Notes under the pieces: generated by a model
Told to the model about the DNA's origin: nothing
The model's database searches: none
The model's input: the letters and a program-made list of their open reading frames with translations, nothing else
Part shown: piece by piece, positions 1 to 10,932 of the stretch
Layout: each line of letters begins with the position of its first letter
How positions within the stretch are numbered: position 1 is the first letter of the stretch
Assembly: GCA_000934665.2 (NCBI GenBank)
Contig: KZ538994.1
Coordinates: 1-37,231, forward strand
Direction of reading: 5' to 3'
DNA: 37,231 nt
Source: Catajapyx aquilonaris
Taxonomy: Eukaryota
Made by a program: the position numbers and the translations under genes

Positions 1-803
1 TCGCAGAAGTTGGTATTGGCCAGCTCGTCCCATGTATAAACATAGGCTCAACACCCCACCCCCTTCCCTCCGTTTCTAAGCGCAAGAACTACCTTAAGAG
101 TAGGTTCCAAGACCCACACTTTCCCTAACCAAAATGTATGTTATGCTTACCTTGTCTGGAGACCATACTAAACAAATGTGCTCAATTTTTAGACGGTTTG
201 TTTATTGACCGATGGGCCCCAATATTTCCCAGTATGAGCCATGCACCTAAACAACTCCAGAAACAAGAAATAAATATGCTCAATGGGTCGAAAATACAGT
301 GTTCATAAAAATTCCGACAATCTCCTATATGGTGAAATCCTGAGCACGTATTATGAGCATACTTTACGTTCGAAACTCATTATATCTCAGAGGCATGGAT
401 ACGGAGACCAAATTATTACTCAGCATAAATATCTCTGCATCGCCTGGTTTCCAAGAGAATAGGCTGCTATAGTCTATATGTTGTGGGAGAAACTCACTTT
501 AGGCTGTCTGAGATGGGTTATGAAAACACATGAACAGAATCCAGTCTGAGGTATCGCAAACACTTTGCACTTCCCTCACTTTCCTGCCTTGACAGCGCTT
601 TCTGGAACTAGCCAGATAATTGTGCTTTCCATTTGACCAAACAGGTCTATTTGCAGTTAATAATTTTGATAGTCCCCTAATAATAACTGATCGAAAGTAT
701 CGGCTTAATAATAAGCATACATTGGAAAACGCTGCAGATAAAATTACAAAAACTCATTTGAGAAAGTGCTTGATGCTATGCACCAGTTTAAATGACCCTC
801 ACA

Positions 804-1327
804 TAATGGGGTCCTAGCCTACATTTTGCAAACCCATGTAAAAAATCGTCCTTATGTTAAAAATAATTTTCGTGTCTTTTGTTTCAAGAGACACATACAG
901 TATTATTTTTCGAGCTATGATCGATCTAAGATCATAATAATTATACGGTATTGTATTGCCCTCTGACGTCACTGTTGCTAAACATATCGGTGCAGGGGCA
1001 GGAATGCACCTGGGCTGCTTTGTTCCTTTGTTTGGTTTGTTGGCGGGACTAACAACGGAATCGAACGAACCGCCAGTAAATAAGCCGAATCTAACGACAG
1101 CGCAACGGTCTACTGACGTCAGTGTTGTTATAGGCAGGAGTCGGAATTGGCTTTTTGGACCACGCCCCCTTTTCCCCGCCAATTTGAGAGTTACTTTTAA
1201 ACTCGCGATAATTTATCGAGTAATGACATTTTGGTGCCGAAAAGTTGTGGAATGCGTCTTTATAGGTTTGGTTGAGCTACTTATGTACCGAATTCCCAAA
1301 TCTCAGACCAGGGCTAGGACCCCATTA
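804..1327. mobile_element. Non-autonomous TIR element (MITE), superfamily uncertain
   Basis: TAATGGGGTCCTAGCC (804-819) is the exact reverse complement of GGCTAGGACCCCATTA (1312-1327). The interior has no credible ORF. Confidence 0.55.
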
Positions 1328-2434
1328 CTGCCCTCTACATTATTATAATGATCCGCCCCATAAAAATGGACTAATCGGTCAAATGAAGAAAATGATTCGA
1401 CTAAACACCTAGAAGATATTACATGGCCCAAAGTTGCAGATTGCTCGCATTACGGACACAATCCCTTTCTTGTCCTTATTTATAAGGGACATTTAAAAAA
1501 GTTTCCCAAATACCATTCCTTCCCGTCCGCGAAAAAGAGCTGGGGGAGAGAAGGTTGGTTGGAGAGGGACAAAAAAGTGACACCGTAATACTCTCTGAAT
1601 CGAGCTTTCGCAGAGTATTGATAAAGTGATCCCATTGCAGGCATTCGATTCCATTCCGTGGAGGATTGAGGAATCCATTGCGGTTCTGAATTCGGCAGCG
1701 GAAAGAATTACCTGTTCCGGCTTTACAACCCCACTCGTGTTATCGAAGGAAATGGAGTTTCGTCGGTAGGAAAACATTCTTTGTTTCTGCAGAAAGTGTG
1801 ATATAGATATACGGGTGGTTGCTCTGACGCAAGGAACTTCATTGACACTTAGGGGGGAAAAAAGTCTTTGGGAATGCCGGTACTCAAGTGGATGAACTCT
1901 GCATATCTTTGAACGTGGGGTTTAGATCTGATTCGGGCTCAGATTTTCCCAAATGGGGAGAGGGAGAGAGAGAGAGAGAAGCGGGACAGGAGGGCTATAG
2001 AGAATGGAGGAGAAATTATACAGTCCATAATCTCTAACTCCGAAGTATTTCTTGGTGGTTCTAGGCAATCTCAGATGCAGGATGAACAGTTCATTTTACA
2101 TTTCCTCTTGACATGCACTTTTGGAGTAAATGTTAAGTTAGACAACTGTAAGATATCAAAAGGGAATCTAGGATATAATATTGACTAAAGCTGAGTTTCG
2201 GTTCTCCTGCACAAGTGATCTTTGCATCAATGAGACTGTGGAAACGACGATGCATTATTTACATAAATAATGGTAGGCTACTGAATGATATATGGGGGTG
2301 GATTCATCGCTTATTGGTCAAATATACATGAGAGCGAAAAATGATTTCAGAACACATTCTTTTGCACATCATCCTTGTAAATTTTTATAAAATAATAGTT
2401 CTACACAAATTAGGATTATCGTGTGCATGTGTTA

Positions 2435-2582
2435 GGGCCAGTTGCACCGGCCTCAGTATAACTTAGAACCTCGGGTATAACAAGAATTGCCATAGCAATC
2501 ATTGTTGGTCAACAATGATTGCTATGGCAATTCTTGTTATACCCGAGGTTCTAAGTTATACTGAAACCGGTGCAACTGGCCC
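2435..2582. mobile_element. PIF/Harbinger (Tourist-like) palindromic MITE, 148 bp
   Basis: Near-perfect foldback GGGCCAGTTGCACCGG...CCGGTGCAACTGGCCC with a 3-bp TTA TSD at 2432-2434 and 2583-2585. Confidence 0.9.
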
Positions 2583-3274
2583 TTAGTCATTCTGACGTAC
2601 TAACTTTGCAAAATGGGAGATGGGTGAATCGTGAAAAAACCTGCAATTCGTGTCCCAGCTAATTTCTGGAATTAATATAACATCTGAAAACCAGATAACA
2701 TACTCATAAATAAGATTGCAACTTGCGGAATACGGGGCACATAACAAATATGTAGTGAGAAAATTATTTCATGTTTTTCTTTATGCCACAGAGGGTGACA
2801 TGTCACGTCCAACCTTCACTTTCGTAGTTTTGTCAATTTTTATGCAAGGCATAAGATGTTATGTCACGTTTTAAATTAGGGTAATGGAGAAAGGAATACT
2901 GCAGGTATAAAGGCTAGTACATTCTTTGTCCTGAAGTTCCCAATTCAATCGATTTTATTACAGGAGGAATTTTGTCCCAACGTTTCTAGTCACGGCCGTG
3001 GACAAAAACAAAAACGGTTATAAAATCATCCATGAAGCAGCAATGTGCATGGATTTTGTCTTTTTGCTTGCTGATGCAACCATATTGAGATGCTGAATCA
3101 AAAATCTGTTCGTTTGGTTCCTTGAAGGCGTGTAATTCTGCTCTAAATCTCAGATTTAGTGAAGTGTCGAGATCAGTGGGTCACGTCTGTGGCACCAGGT
3201 AAATGTAGGTAATTGCTCAAGTACCGGTGATATTAGGTACAAAGAGCTTACTCATTTGAACTAAAAGTTTATAA

Positions 3275-4470
3275 CACTGGTCTACAAAAAAAACTGTTTT
3301 TGTGTAGCACGGGAAATAATATGTGATTCTAATAGTACATTTTCCGCTGAATTCAAATATGTAATTAGTTTCTTTCTATCACGCAGGGTTTTTACGTAAC
3401 ACGCAATTTAAATTTGAAGGAGACATATGAAGCTGGTATATAAGTTACATATACATTACCCATTAAAAAGAAGGCATTGATGACCTTATGCTGTATTTTG
3501 CTTGCGGGATATCTCCCTGAGTGTCCAGCAGCAGTCTGCCAACATATTTGGATTCCAGTTTCCTTGGTACCGCTTTTCCATGCTGGCGATGTCTTGTTGA
3601 AATCGCTCTCCTTGTTCATCGCTGAGGTCACCAAAATTCTCCGGGAAAAAGTCCAGGTGGGAGTTCAGGAAATTGATCTTAAGGGACATGTTGCATCCCA
3701 TAGCTTTAGAGGAGTCCAAGAGTTCGCGTACTAATTCACGGTAATTTTCAGCCTTTGAATTCCCCAAGAAGTTTTTGGTGACACTTTCAAAGGAATTCCA
3801 TGCTGCCTTTTCTATGCTGTTTAAGTGCTCCTCAAATCTTGTATCCCTCATCAACTGCCTCATTTGAGGACCCACAAAAATCCCTTCCTTAATCTTGGCA
3901 TCACTTATCTTAGGGAATTGTTCCTTCAACAATCAACTAGTAGGAAAATCCATCACCAATGCGGTCCATTGCCTTAACAAAGTTTTTCATTAATCCCAGT
4001 TTAATGTATAGGGGGGGTAAGTAAATATTCTCAGGTTTGACAAGTGGATGATCAGTGGGACACATTTCTTTCTCCAGGAGTAAACGATTCACGTGCTTTC
4101 CATTTCTTTGCAGTGAAATGACTTTTTTTTGTCTCGGCTGTCCCATTCACATAGAAAACAACAATACTTTGTGTATCCAAGCTGCAATCCGAGTAAAAGT
4201 GCAATGACTTTCAAATCGCCACAAACCTTCCAGACATATGTCTCGTAGTCAATCTTTTCCAGGAGGAGTTTCATATTTTCGTATGATTCTTTCATGTTTG
4301 CGGCGTGAGCTAATGGTACAGAAGGAACTCACAAATGACGCATAAAAACAGTCGTAGCAAAGAAACTATGCGTGATGGAAAGATTCTAATTACATATTTG
4401 AATTCAGCGTAAAAAGTTCTATTAGGAACACTATCAGTGATCTTTGCTACAAAAACCTTGTAGACCAGTG
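3275..4470 (-). mobile_element. Internally deleted Chapaev3-like (CMC) DNA transposon
   Basis: Termini CACTGGTCTACAA...TTGTAGACCAGTG and TAA TSD (3272-3274, 4471-4473). Imperfect TIRs of about 120 bp share CGCTGAATTCAAATATGTAATTAG. A transposase remnant lies inside. Confidence 0.82.
3486..4330 (-). pseudogene. Chapaev3/Transib-related DDE transposase, C-terminal half, frameshifted
   Basis: Three consecutive ORF pieces carry family motifs: WKVCGDLKVIALLLGLQLGYTKYCCFLCEWDSR, LPPLYIKLGLMKNFVKAMD, FPKISDAKIKEGIFVGPQ and MSLKINFLNSHLDFFPENFGDLSDEQGERFQQDI. The 5' half is missing. Confidence 0.85.
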
Positions 4471-5026
4471 TAACCTAAACTTACCACGTTTTACTTGGAA
4501 TAAACAGAGAGTTCGTCACGTCCATGTGTCACGTCCGTGGACACTACGGTACCCGTCCACAGGCGCCCCTAGGTGGGGTCAGATGTTCAAGGACATGATT
4601 TTAATAACCTATTTGAATGTTTTGGACCATCTATACCATGTTTCTAATGCACTCATAGCTGTACACTACTTATTGTCAAATGTAAGCATACGGATAGGTC
4701 TCAAGTATACTCTGAATTTACACATTTCTTGTTTCATTGCATTTGAAGCGATTTGAAGTGATTTGAAGTATCACTTACATTTATATTGCGAACTGTGCTA
4801 GCCACTTGGTTCGGTTCTATACACCTTGTGCCACACTTACTTCGTCAAGGTCAAGTAGACTCTGTATTCTTAAATTTCTGTGTGTATACAGCCGTAGATA
4901 CAGCATTTTTATAATTTATTTATAAAAAAGATGAAATATAGGTCTCCGATCTTGGCCATTATTTTTGTGGGAACACCAGACGTAATAACTATTTTTATTT
5001 TAAAAATGATTTTTAAAAGGACATTT

Positions 5027-5233
5027 TCATTTATTTATTTTTGGAAATGAAATTGCACCTTTTTTCACTATTGACTCAGAGGCAAAACTGGCCAAACACT
5101 TCCAAAATCCTAATATTGAATTTTGGCCCAGAATGTCACCAATAACTAACCCAAAAACAAAATACACCTGTTGCATACCACATTCAGTGCTAACTTCTAT
5201 ACTCACTTCTTTCAGAAACTTCAACTCATCTAA
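5027..5233 (-). pseudogene. Fragment of an animal CACTA/EnSpm-like transposase
   Basis: LDELKFL...VYFVFGLVIGDILGQNSILGF resembles the recalled GDNLGLNSILGF motif of animal EnSpm-like transposases. It is cut at 5234 by a foldback insertion. Confidence 0.5.
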
Positions 5234-5757
5234 CAACCAAAGTAACTCTTCTTACCCTCCTGAATTTTTATAAATTTTGGATTTTCTAATTCTCCTTTGC
5301 CTATAGTGTTGAGAAAACATCACCTCCGCTGCTAATTTCCACGTTAGCAGGGGGAAAATACAGCCAAAAGGCGATGTTCCGAAGCCACAACACCTGCATC
5401 CGATCGCGAGTCGCCGGTCCCGGCTGCCCGGTCGCGTCTGTAGCGCTCTCCGGTGCCGCGGTCATCTCGCACGCTTTGAAGTCGAAGGCGATTATAATAA
5501 TGGAGAGCCTTGGAGCAGTCCTGGCCTCCATTATTATAATCGCCTTCGACTTCAAAGCGTGCGAGATGACCCTTCTCCTACGCGGCACCGGAGAGCGCTA
5601 CAGACGCGGTGAATGGCGACCGCGACCGGGCAGTCGGGACAGGTGACTCGCGATCGGATACGAGTGTTGTGGCTTCGGAATATCGCATTTTGGCTGTATT
5701 TTCACCCTGCTAACGTGGAAATTAGCAGCGCAGGTGATGTTTTTCTCAACACTATAG
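5234..5757. mobile_element. Foldback element family A, copy 1 (right terminus missing)
   Basis: Starts CAACCAAAGTAA after TAA. Arms about 5301-5503 and 5527-5757 are inverted around a short loop. It is the reverse-orientation homolog of 19711-20474. Confidence 0.85.
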
Positions 5758-6055
5758 AATTCGCTGACCGGGCGAATTCTCAAGAAGGTCGTTGTTAGTG
5801 TTGGTAAATTATAGGAAATGACACGTAGGATAGGTAAAATACATTATTGGGATAATAAAAAGGATTGCGGGAATAGGGTCTGGGTTTGACAGGCGGTGTA
5901 ATGTACAGGGTGACTCTAAGGTAAAACAGGTAAGACATAGGTAATTGGATTGCACTGTTGGTTACCAACTGTGCCAACTCAACATTTACTAACTCTCAAC
6001 AATCTGCTAGTTGGCACAACTTGAAACCAACAACGCAATACAATAATTATTACCT

Positions 6056-6415
6056 ATAAGAGCAAAAACATTCCCTTCAGTGAAAAAAAGGGTAGTAATT
6101 TTTCACATGTAAACGTAAATTGGTGGATTTTCGAGGGTCTTTTTCGTTTGGACGAAGTCTGTTAGGATGGGTATAGTTTTTCTAAAAAAAAATTATTTTC
6201 AAAATTAAATCCTACCTACTGCTCTGAGCAGTTTGCAGCAGTAATTTTTACGAGCCGTTCCATGCAGTACTTGAGAATTGCTTCAGTAAGACCTATGGTA
6301 CAGCTTAAATCAATTGGTGAAGTCTTACGTGCGCCTGCCTTGTTTCAGTACCTTCATTCGTCCACGGAGGTCTTACTACCCTTTTTTTCACTGAAGGGAA
6401 TGTTTTTGCTCTTAT
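6056..6415. mobile_element. MITE with 43-bp perfect terminal inverted repeats
   Basis: ATAAGAGCAAAAACATTCCCTTCAGTGAAAAAAAGGGTAGTAA (6056-6098) is the exact reverse complement of 6373-6415. The TSD is ambiguous (TA or AT inside the symmetric tips). Confidence 0.75.
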
Positions 6416-6697
6416 TTCAGTTCTTTTTTAAACTCCTTTGCAATACCAGATATACCGCCATCGCCTAGGTTGTCGCTTACACGTACTCTGAAGACATGGA
6501 CAAGATATTTTACAAATAATAACAGCTACAGTGATATACGTATCATATGATACTAACACGTTTATGCTCTACACTACAATCTGCAATATTAATGTATTGG
6601 AGACAATTTTCGTCGCTTAGAATTCCCTAAAATGACTTTCACAGAGAAAGTCGTAAAAAACGAAATTCGAGTGCTACCAGCCAACGGTTAGTCTGAT

Positions 6698-6740
6698 TTA
6701 ATTAATTAATTAATTAATTAATTAATTAATTAATTAATTA

Positions 6741-6828
<88 letters not shown>
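6698..6828. repeat. Compound microsatellite (TTAA)n-(ATT)n-(AAT)n, the SINE 3' tail
   Basis: Directly visible runs: (TTAA)n about 6698-6743, (ATT)n to about 6794, (AAT)n to 6828. Confidence 0.95.
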
Positions 6829-7159
6829 GGTTTGGGTATAGTGCCGTACCTCAGCTGAGGTTTCTGACACGGACCTTTATTTGCCAAGGTGTACATTAAT
6901 TTGGACAACGAAGAGCCCTGGTCCAGGGGCGGGGTGACTGGGAGGAGATGTGCAATGTGCAGTGCACTGTCGCGTCGTTGCTATGGTCATTTTTTGAGCT
7001 CCCCCGGGTGGTTCGTCTATCGGAAATCCCACCCTAGACGAAGCCGGAGAGACCCCGAACTCCGCACTAGAAGGGGGGAATTCCCGGGCTTGGGATCGAA
7101 CCCGGGACCCTTCCATCCGTGGGCGCATACGTTACCGCAGGGCCACTTCGCCTTCCCCC
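6705..7159 (-). mobile_element. tRNA-derived SINE (head resembles tRNA-Arg ACG)
   Basis: Minus-strand head GAAGTGGCCCTGCGGTAACG...CACGGA...GGTTCGATCCC with A and B boxes, and a simple-repeat tail. 14-bp TSD GTCTGATTTAATTA at 6691-6704 and 7160-7173. Confidence 0.85.
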
Positions 7160-7500
7160 GTCTGATTTAATTATGAAATAGCCTATACGCTAAAATATAC
7201 GGAATATATACATTGAGAACCGTACCAGACGAATTAGCTGAAATCATGGTACTTTGCAAAAATTTAATCGATACATATCTGCGGCTTGACTCTGTCACAT
7301 CTGAAAACTCCCAAACTTATTTAATTTTCGCGAAATGCGACGAATTCAGCAAATTCGTCTGGCCCGTTTCTCACTGAGGTAGATATTCAGCATATATTGT
7401 AGCATAATTTCATAATTAAATCAGCTTAAGAGTTGGCCGGTAATACCTGGCGATGGCAATGGTAACGGCGATATAGCAGGTAGTGAAGGGGTTAATAGTA

Positions 7501-7944
7501 CAGTTGAATCCAGATAAAACAAACTTCAAGAGACTGCGGAAAAATTCTGTTATAACCGAGGTCTGTTATAGCCAAATCGTCACGCAATGAAAACAGAGAT
7601 TTCTGCTTTCAATATGGCTGCAATATGCATTACTAGACTACAAGTATACTGATTAATGAAATCTGTCAAAAATGTAATATTAGCTCACCCAAAAATATTA
7701 TGAAGGACCAAAATATGCGAAATTTTCTTCTGCCGTCTCCTTTGTGCAAATATTGTACCTGGAAAACTATATTTTCCCACCGAGGGTAAAGAAATGGTGT
7801 GCTATACCCGAGGTGGGGTGCAATTAGTATGTTAAATCAAGAGTCAAATACACAGGGTCTTATGGAAGCATGCCGGAGATGGCCTTCGTCATAACCAAAA
7901 GTCTGTATAGTTATAGCCGAGGCTGTTATATCCGGATGCAACTG
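7501..7944. mobile_element. pogo/Tigger-like (Tc1/mariner) MITE
   Basis: TA|CAGTTGAATCCAGATAAAAC...GTTATATCCGGATGCAACTG|TA, with repeated subterminal GTTATA(A/G)CCGAGG motifs. Confidence 0.75.
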
Positions 7945-8272
7945 TAATAAGTACAATCCGTTCACCCCAGAGCAGCGGGGTAACATTTCGTTAACAATAT
8001 GGCGAGGTGTAAATAGGAATTGACATTGCTAGGTGATGGAATCACGAACAAATGAAGTAAGTTATTTGACGGAAAAAAAATTGTGAAAAAATCATAACTT
8101 ACATCCTGCAGCAGGTGGAACTGCGAGGTTTTGAACATAGATCCGCACCATCCTACTGCTCATTCGGCCCTTCGATGAAGAAACCAAATTCCGAATAGTT
8201 ATTGAGCAAAAAAATAGAAACGTATATTTTATTGGTTTTTAATTTTCTTGCTGCGTTTTGAAGAGGAGTTAA

Positions 8273-9302
8273 GGTGGAAATGAAGCGACTTGCTAATCAA
8301 ATGAGAGTCTAGAATTGGAATGTTAATAAGAAGGGCTAAAATCAGGGAAACATACGCAACCGATGCAGCAGTAAATGCTGTTCAATCCTATGCATTCCAT
8401 TCGAATCTGCCTTTTAAACTCGATTTAATATGGGCCCATTACCGGCGGAAAGTTTTTGTGCGCAGGCGCCATTTTCACGACTGCCAACTTAAACATGGTA
8501 TTTGGAGGTGTGCTTAATATTTTTTATTTTTGATGGAAATCGATTTAATCCGGTCGTAATTACGAGGTCCCAATTTGTCATGGCATTTTTAAAAGTTTAG
8601 TTCCGAAAGGGGAGCCTGTAGCTCTTCATTTGTGTCGGATTTGGAACACGTTCAGTTGGTACGCGAGTGACAGATAGAAGCGGCAACGCAGCAAAGGTCC
8701 GGGCCAATTATCGCGTAGCAATGTGACGTCATTGCCGGGTGGATTCGAATGATTCGATTTTTATATTATAATTATAACTATATAAACTAATATAACGGTT
8801 CTGACGTCTGACAAACACCCCCGCCAAACGAAAATCCTGTGTGAGCCATTGTGAAAACCATCATACTAACTTGCACTCATATTTCGCGGTCGTATGCAAC
8901 TGTATCTCGCTTCCGTAAACAACGCAGTGTTGCCACGTCCTCACTCGAGTGGAGCAATGTGACGTCACTGGATCATTTTCGGATCGTTTTTCAGCAATAC
9001 AAATTGAAAGAGCACGGTGAGGTAGGTTTTTCTTTTTGCGGTTACGATCAGTATATAATTCCCGACATATTCCACATTAAATTTTAAAATTCTCATTTGC
9101 TTATCATTTTTTTGTGGACTATTGAAAATTCTGCCATAAGGGCCCATGTTAAATCGCGAACTTCTGAGCCCTCTAGTTCGCTAATTGGCACGGTGACGTG
9201 TATTTTTCTTTGCACCATTGCATTGATAAGAGGACACAAAACTGCGTAACATATGTTTTTTTCATAAAATTCTCATTGAGTGACTCTAGCTTCATTTCCA
9301 CC
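8273..9302 (+). mobile_element. Kolobok-like non-autonomous element family B, copy 1 (about 1.03 kb)
   Basis: TIR GGTGGAAATGAAGC/GCTTCATTTCCACC flanked by TTAA (8269-8272, 9303-9306). A near-identical inverted copy lies at 21480-22506. Confidence 0.85.
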
Positions 9303-9859
9303 TTAAGTTTAGTTGTAAATAGTATGAATGCACTTCACGACGGTGGGCATATGTGTTCAAAATTTGGAAGCTCTACCTACAGCAGAACTTGAGTTAGGGC
9401 GAATAAAAAAAAGCGTAACAACAAGAACAACAAGATGTTGAAAAATTCATTGTTGAAAATCGTTGTACGGTCTTACTTAGGGACTACCGCCCCTAAAATG
9501 TTTCCAGACCTTAGAGTCACCCGGTAGAATACTTCCTACCAAGATAACAATTTTACACATATTGAAAACTTTTCATTCGTGAATAATTTCCATAATTATT
9601 ACCGTACCTTTTTCAGCAGGAAAAGTGTCAACAATGGCATCTGACAAGGAGTCTTCATTGTTATGCCTGCAAAACATTAGCATGCACAACTATGCATGCT
9701 AATACTAGTATGTTATAAAAGGTCGGCATGGATTAGTTACCCCTAGTTCACATAAAATGTGTCCTGGGATGCCATTCAAATCATTCTGAGACAGTCCCAG
9801 TGCTAGATAGAGCCATTGGCTCTCTTAGGGGGGTGGGACACCACCATATTTAATGTATT

Positions 9860-10137
9860 ATTTTCCACTTTTCTCTTCGAACACCAGTGCAGGGAATAAA
9901 GGACATTGGGTAAGGATATGGATTTTTGGGAAGGGGACACGGGTGCAATAGCGTTGTCATGATGTGTGGGTCATGTGCAGTCCCCCAGGAGGTTAGGTTG
10001 CGACACATCCAAGGTGCGTGTCAGAAACCTTCGCCGACACAGGTGACAGGGAACTCCCAGGCGGGGATCGAACCTGGGGGCTGGGACCTTTCACTCAGCA
10101 AGCTGAGACGTTACCATCTCGACCATCTACACCTCCC
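9860..10137 (-). mobile_element. Second tRNA-derived SINE-like element (degenerate)
   Basis: Minus-strand head TGGTCGAGATGGTAACG...GGTTCGATCCCC at about 10065-10135. The 3' boundary and TSD are not resolved. Confidence 0.5.
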
Positions 10138-10832
10138 CTATTCTACAGTATAACGAATACAGCAGCAAGGTACAGTACTATCAATATGCCACAGATGCTT
10201 AGAATTTGGCGACTCATCTATTGTGACTGGAGTGCTCTGGTCATGTCGACTCGTAGTGCTGAAATTTTGACATAATTATGATAATGGAGAACACAGTTGA
10301 AGGGAAATTTGTTTTATTCTGAGACTTTTTTGGTTTACTTCCCATTTCAAGACTTGTTGGAAATTTAGTTCCACTCCCCCCCGCTCCCGTCACTTGCACC
10401 AACTAATTTCATCGGGTAAATTTCACACTCCTCTGTTCTTCGAAAACGAAAACAACAATTATCAAAAGAGAAAATATGGTGTTTTCTCTCTGCAGTTTAA
10501 ATTCTACAATAAAATGCACACAAAATTATTATTCTATTCTACAGCATAACTAATACAGCAGCAAAGTACAGTACTATCAATATGCCACAGATGCTTAGAA
10601 TTTTGCGACTCATCTATTGTGACTGGAGTGCTCTGGTCATGTAGACTCGTAGTGCTGAAATTTTGACACAATTATGATAATGCAGAACAGTTGAATGTAA
10701 ATCCGTTTTATTCTGAGACTTTTTTTTTGTTTACTTTGTATTTCAAGACTTGTTGGAAATTTAGTTCCACTCCCCCCCCCGCTCCCGTCACTTGCACCAA
10801 CTAATTTCATCGGGTGATCTCACACTCCTCTG
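10138..10832. repeat. Direct duplication of about 300 bp (10138-10437 and 10533-10832)
   Basis: Both copies run CTATTCTACAG...CACACTCCTCTGT with only scattered differences. Confidence 0.9.
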
Positions 10833-10932
10833 TGCCTATCATGGTTTGAATTTTCATGACTCGCCTGGTGGATTTCTGCTCTCAAATGCCCTGTCACTCT
10901 ATGGCGTGAAAACTATTCGAAATTCTTACGTG

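Larger units (their letters stand above)
6433..7491. mobile_element. Decayed piggyBac-like non-autonomous element hosting a SINE
   Basis: Right end ...GGTAGTGAAGGGG followed by TTAA (7492-7495); degenerate left end CTCCTTTGCAATACCAG after TTAA/TAAA. An internal inverted repeat pairs across the SINE insertion. A related partial copy lies at about 36505-36702. Confidence 0.55.

Noticed and set aside
1493..1777. 94-aa minus ORF MFSYRRNSISFD... as a first exon of a gene
   Set aside because: A plus-strand frame is also open over the same bases, splice signals are weak and I recognise no domain. It cannot be supported without RNA data.
5301..5798. Overlapping ORFs on both strands, repeated at 20075-20442
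   Set aside because: Products of a GC-rich palindrome. The same peptide appears on both strands and there are no protein motifs.
5937..6057. Short decayed palindrome
   Set aside because: Arms are too degenerate and there is no TSD, so it is not callable as an element.
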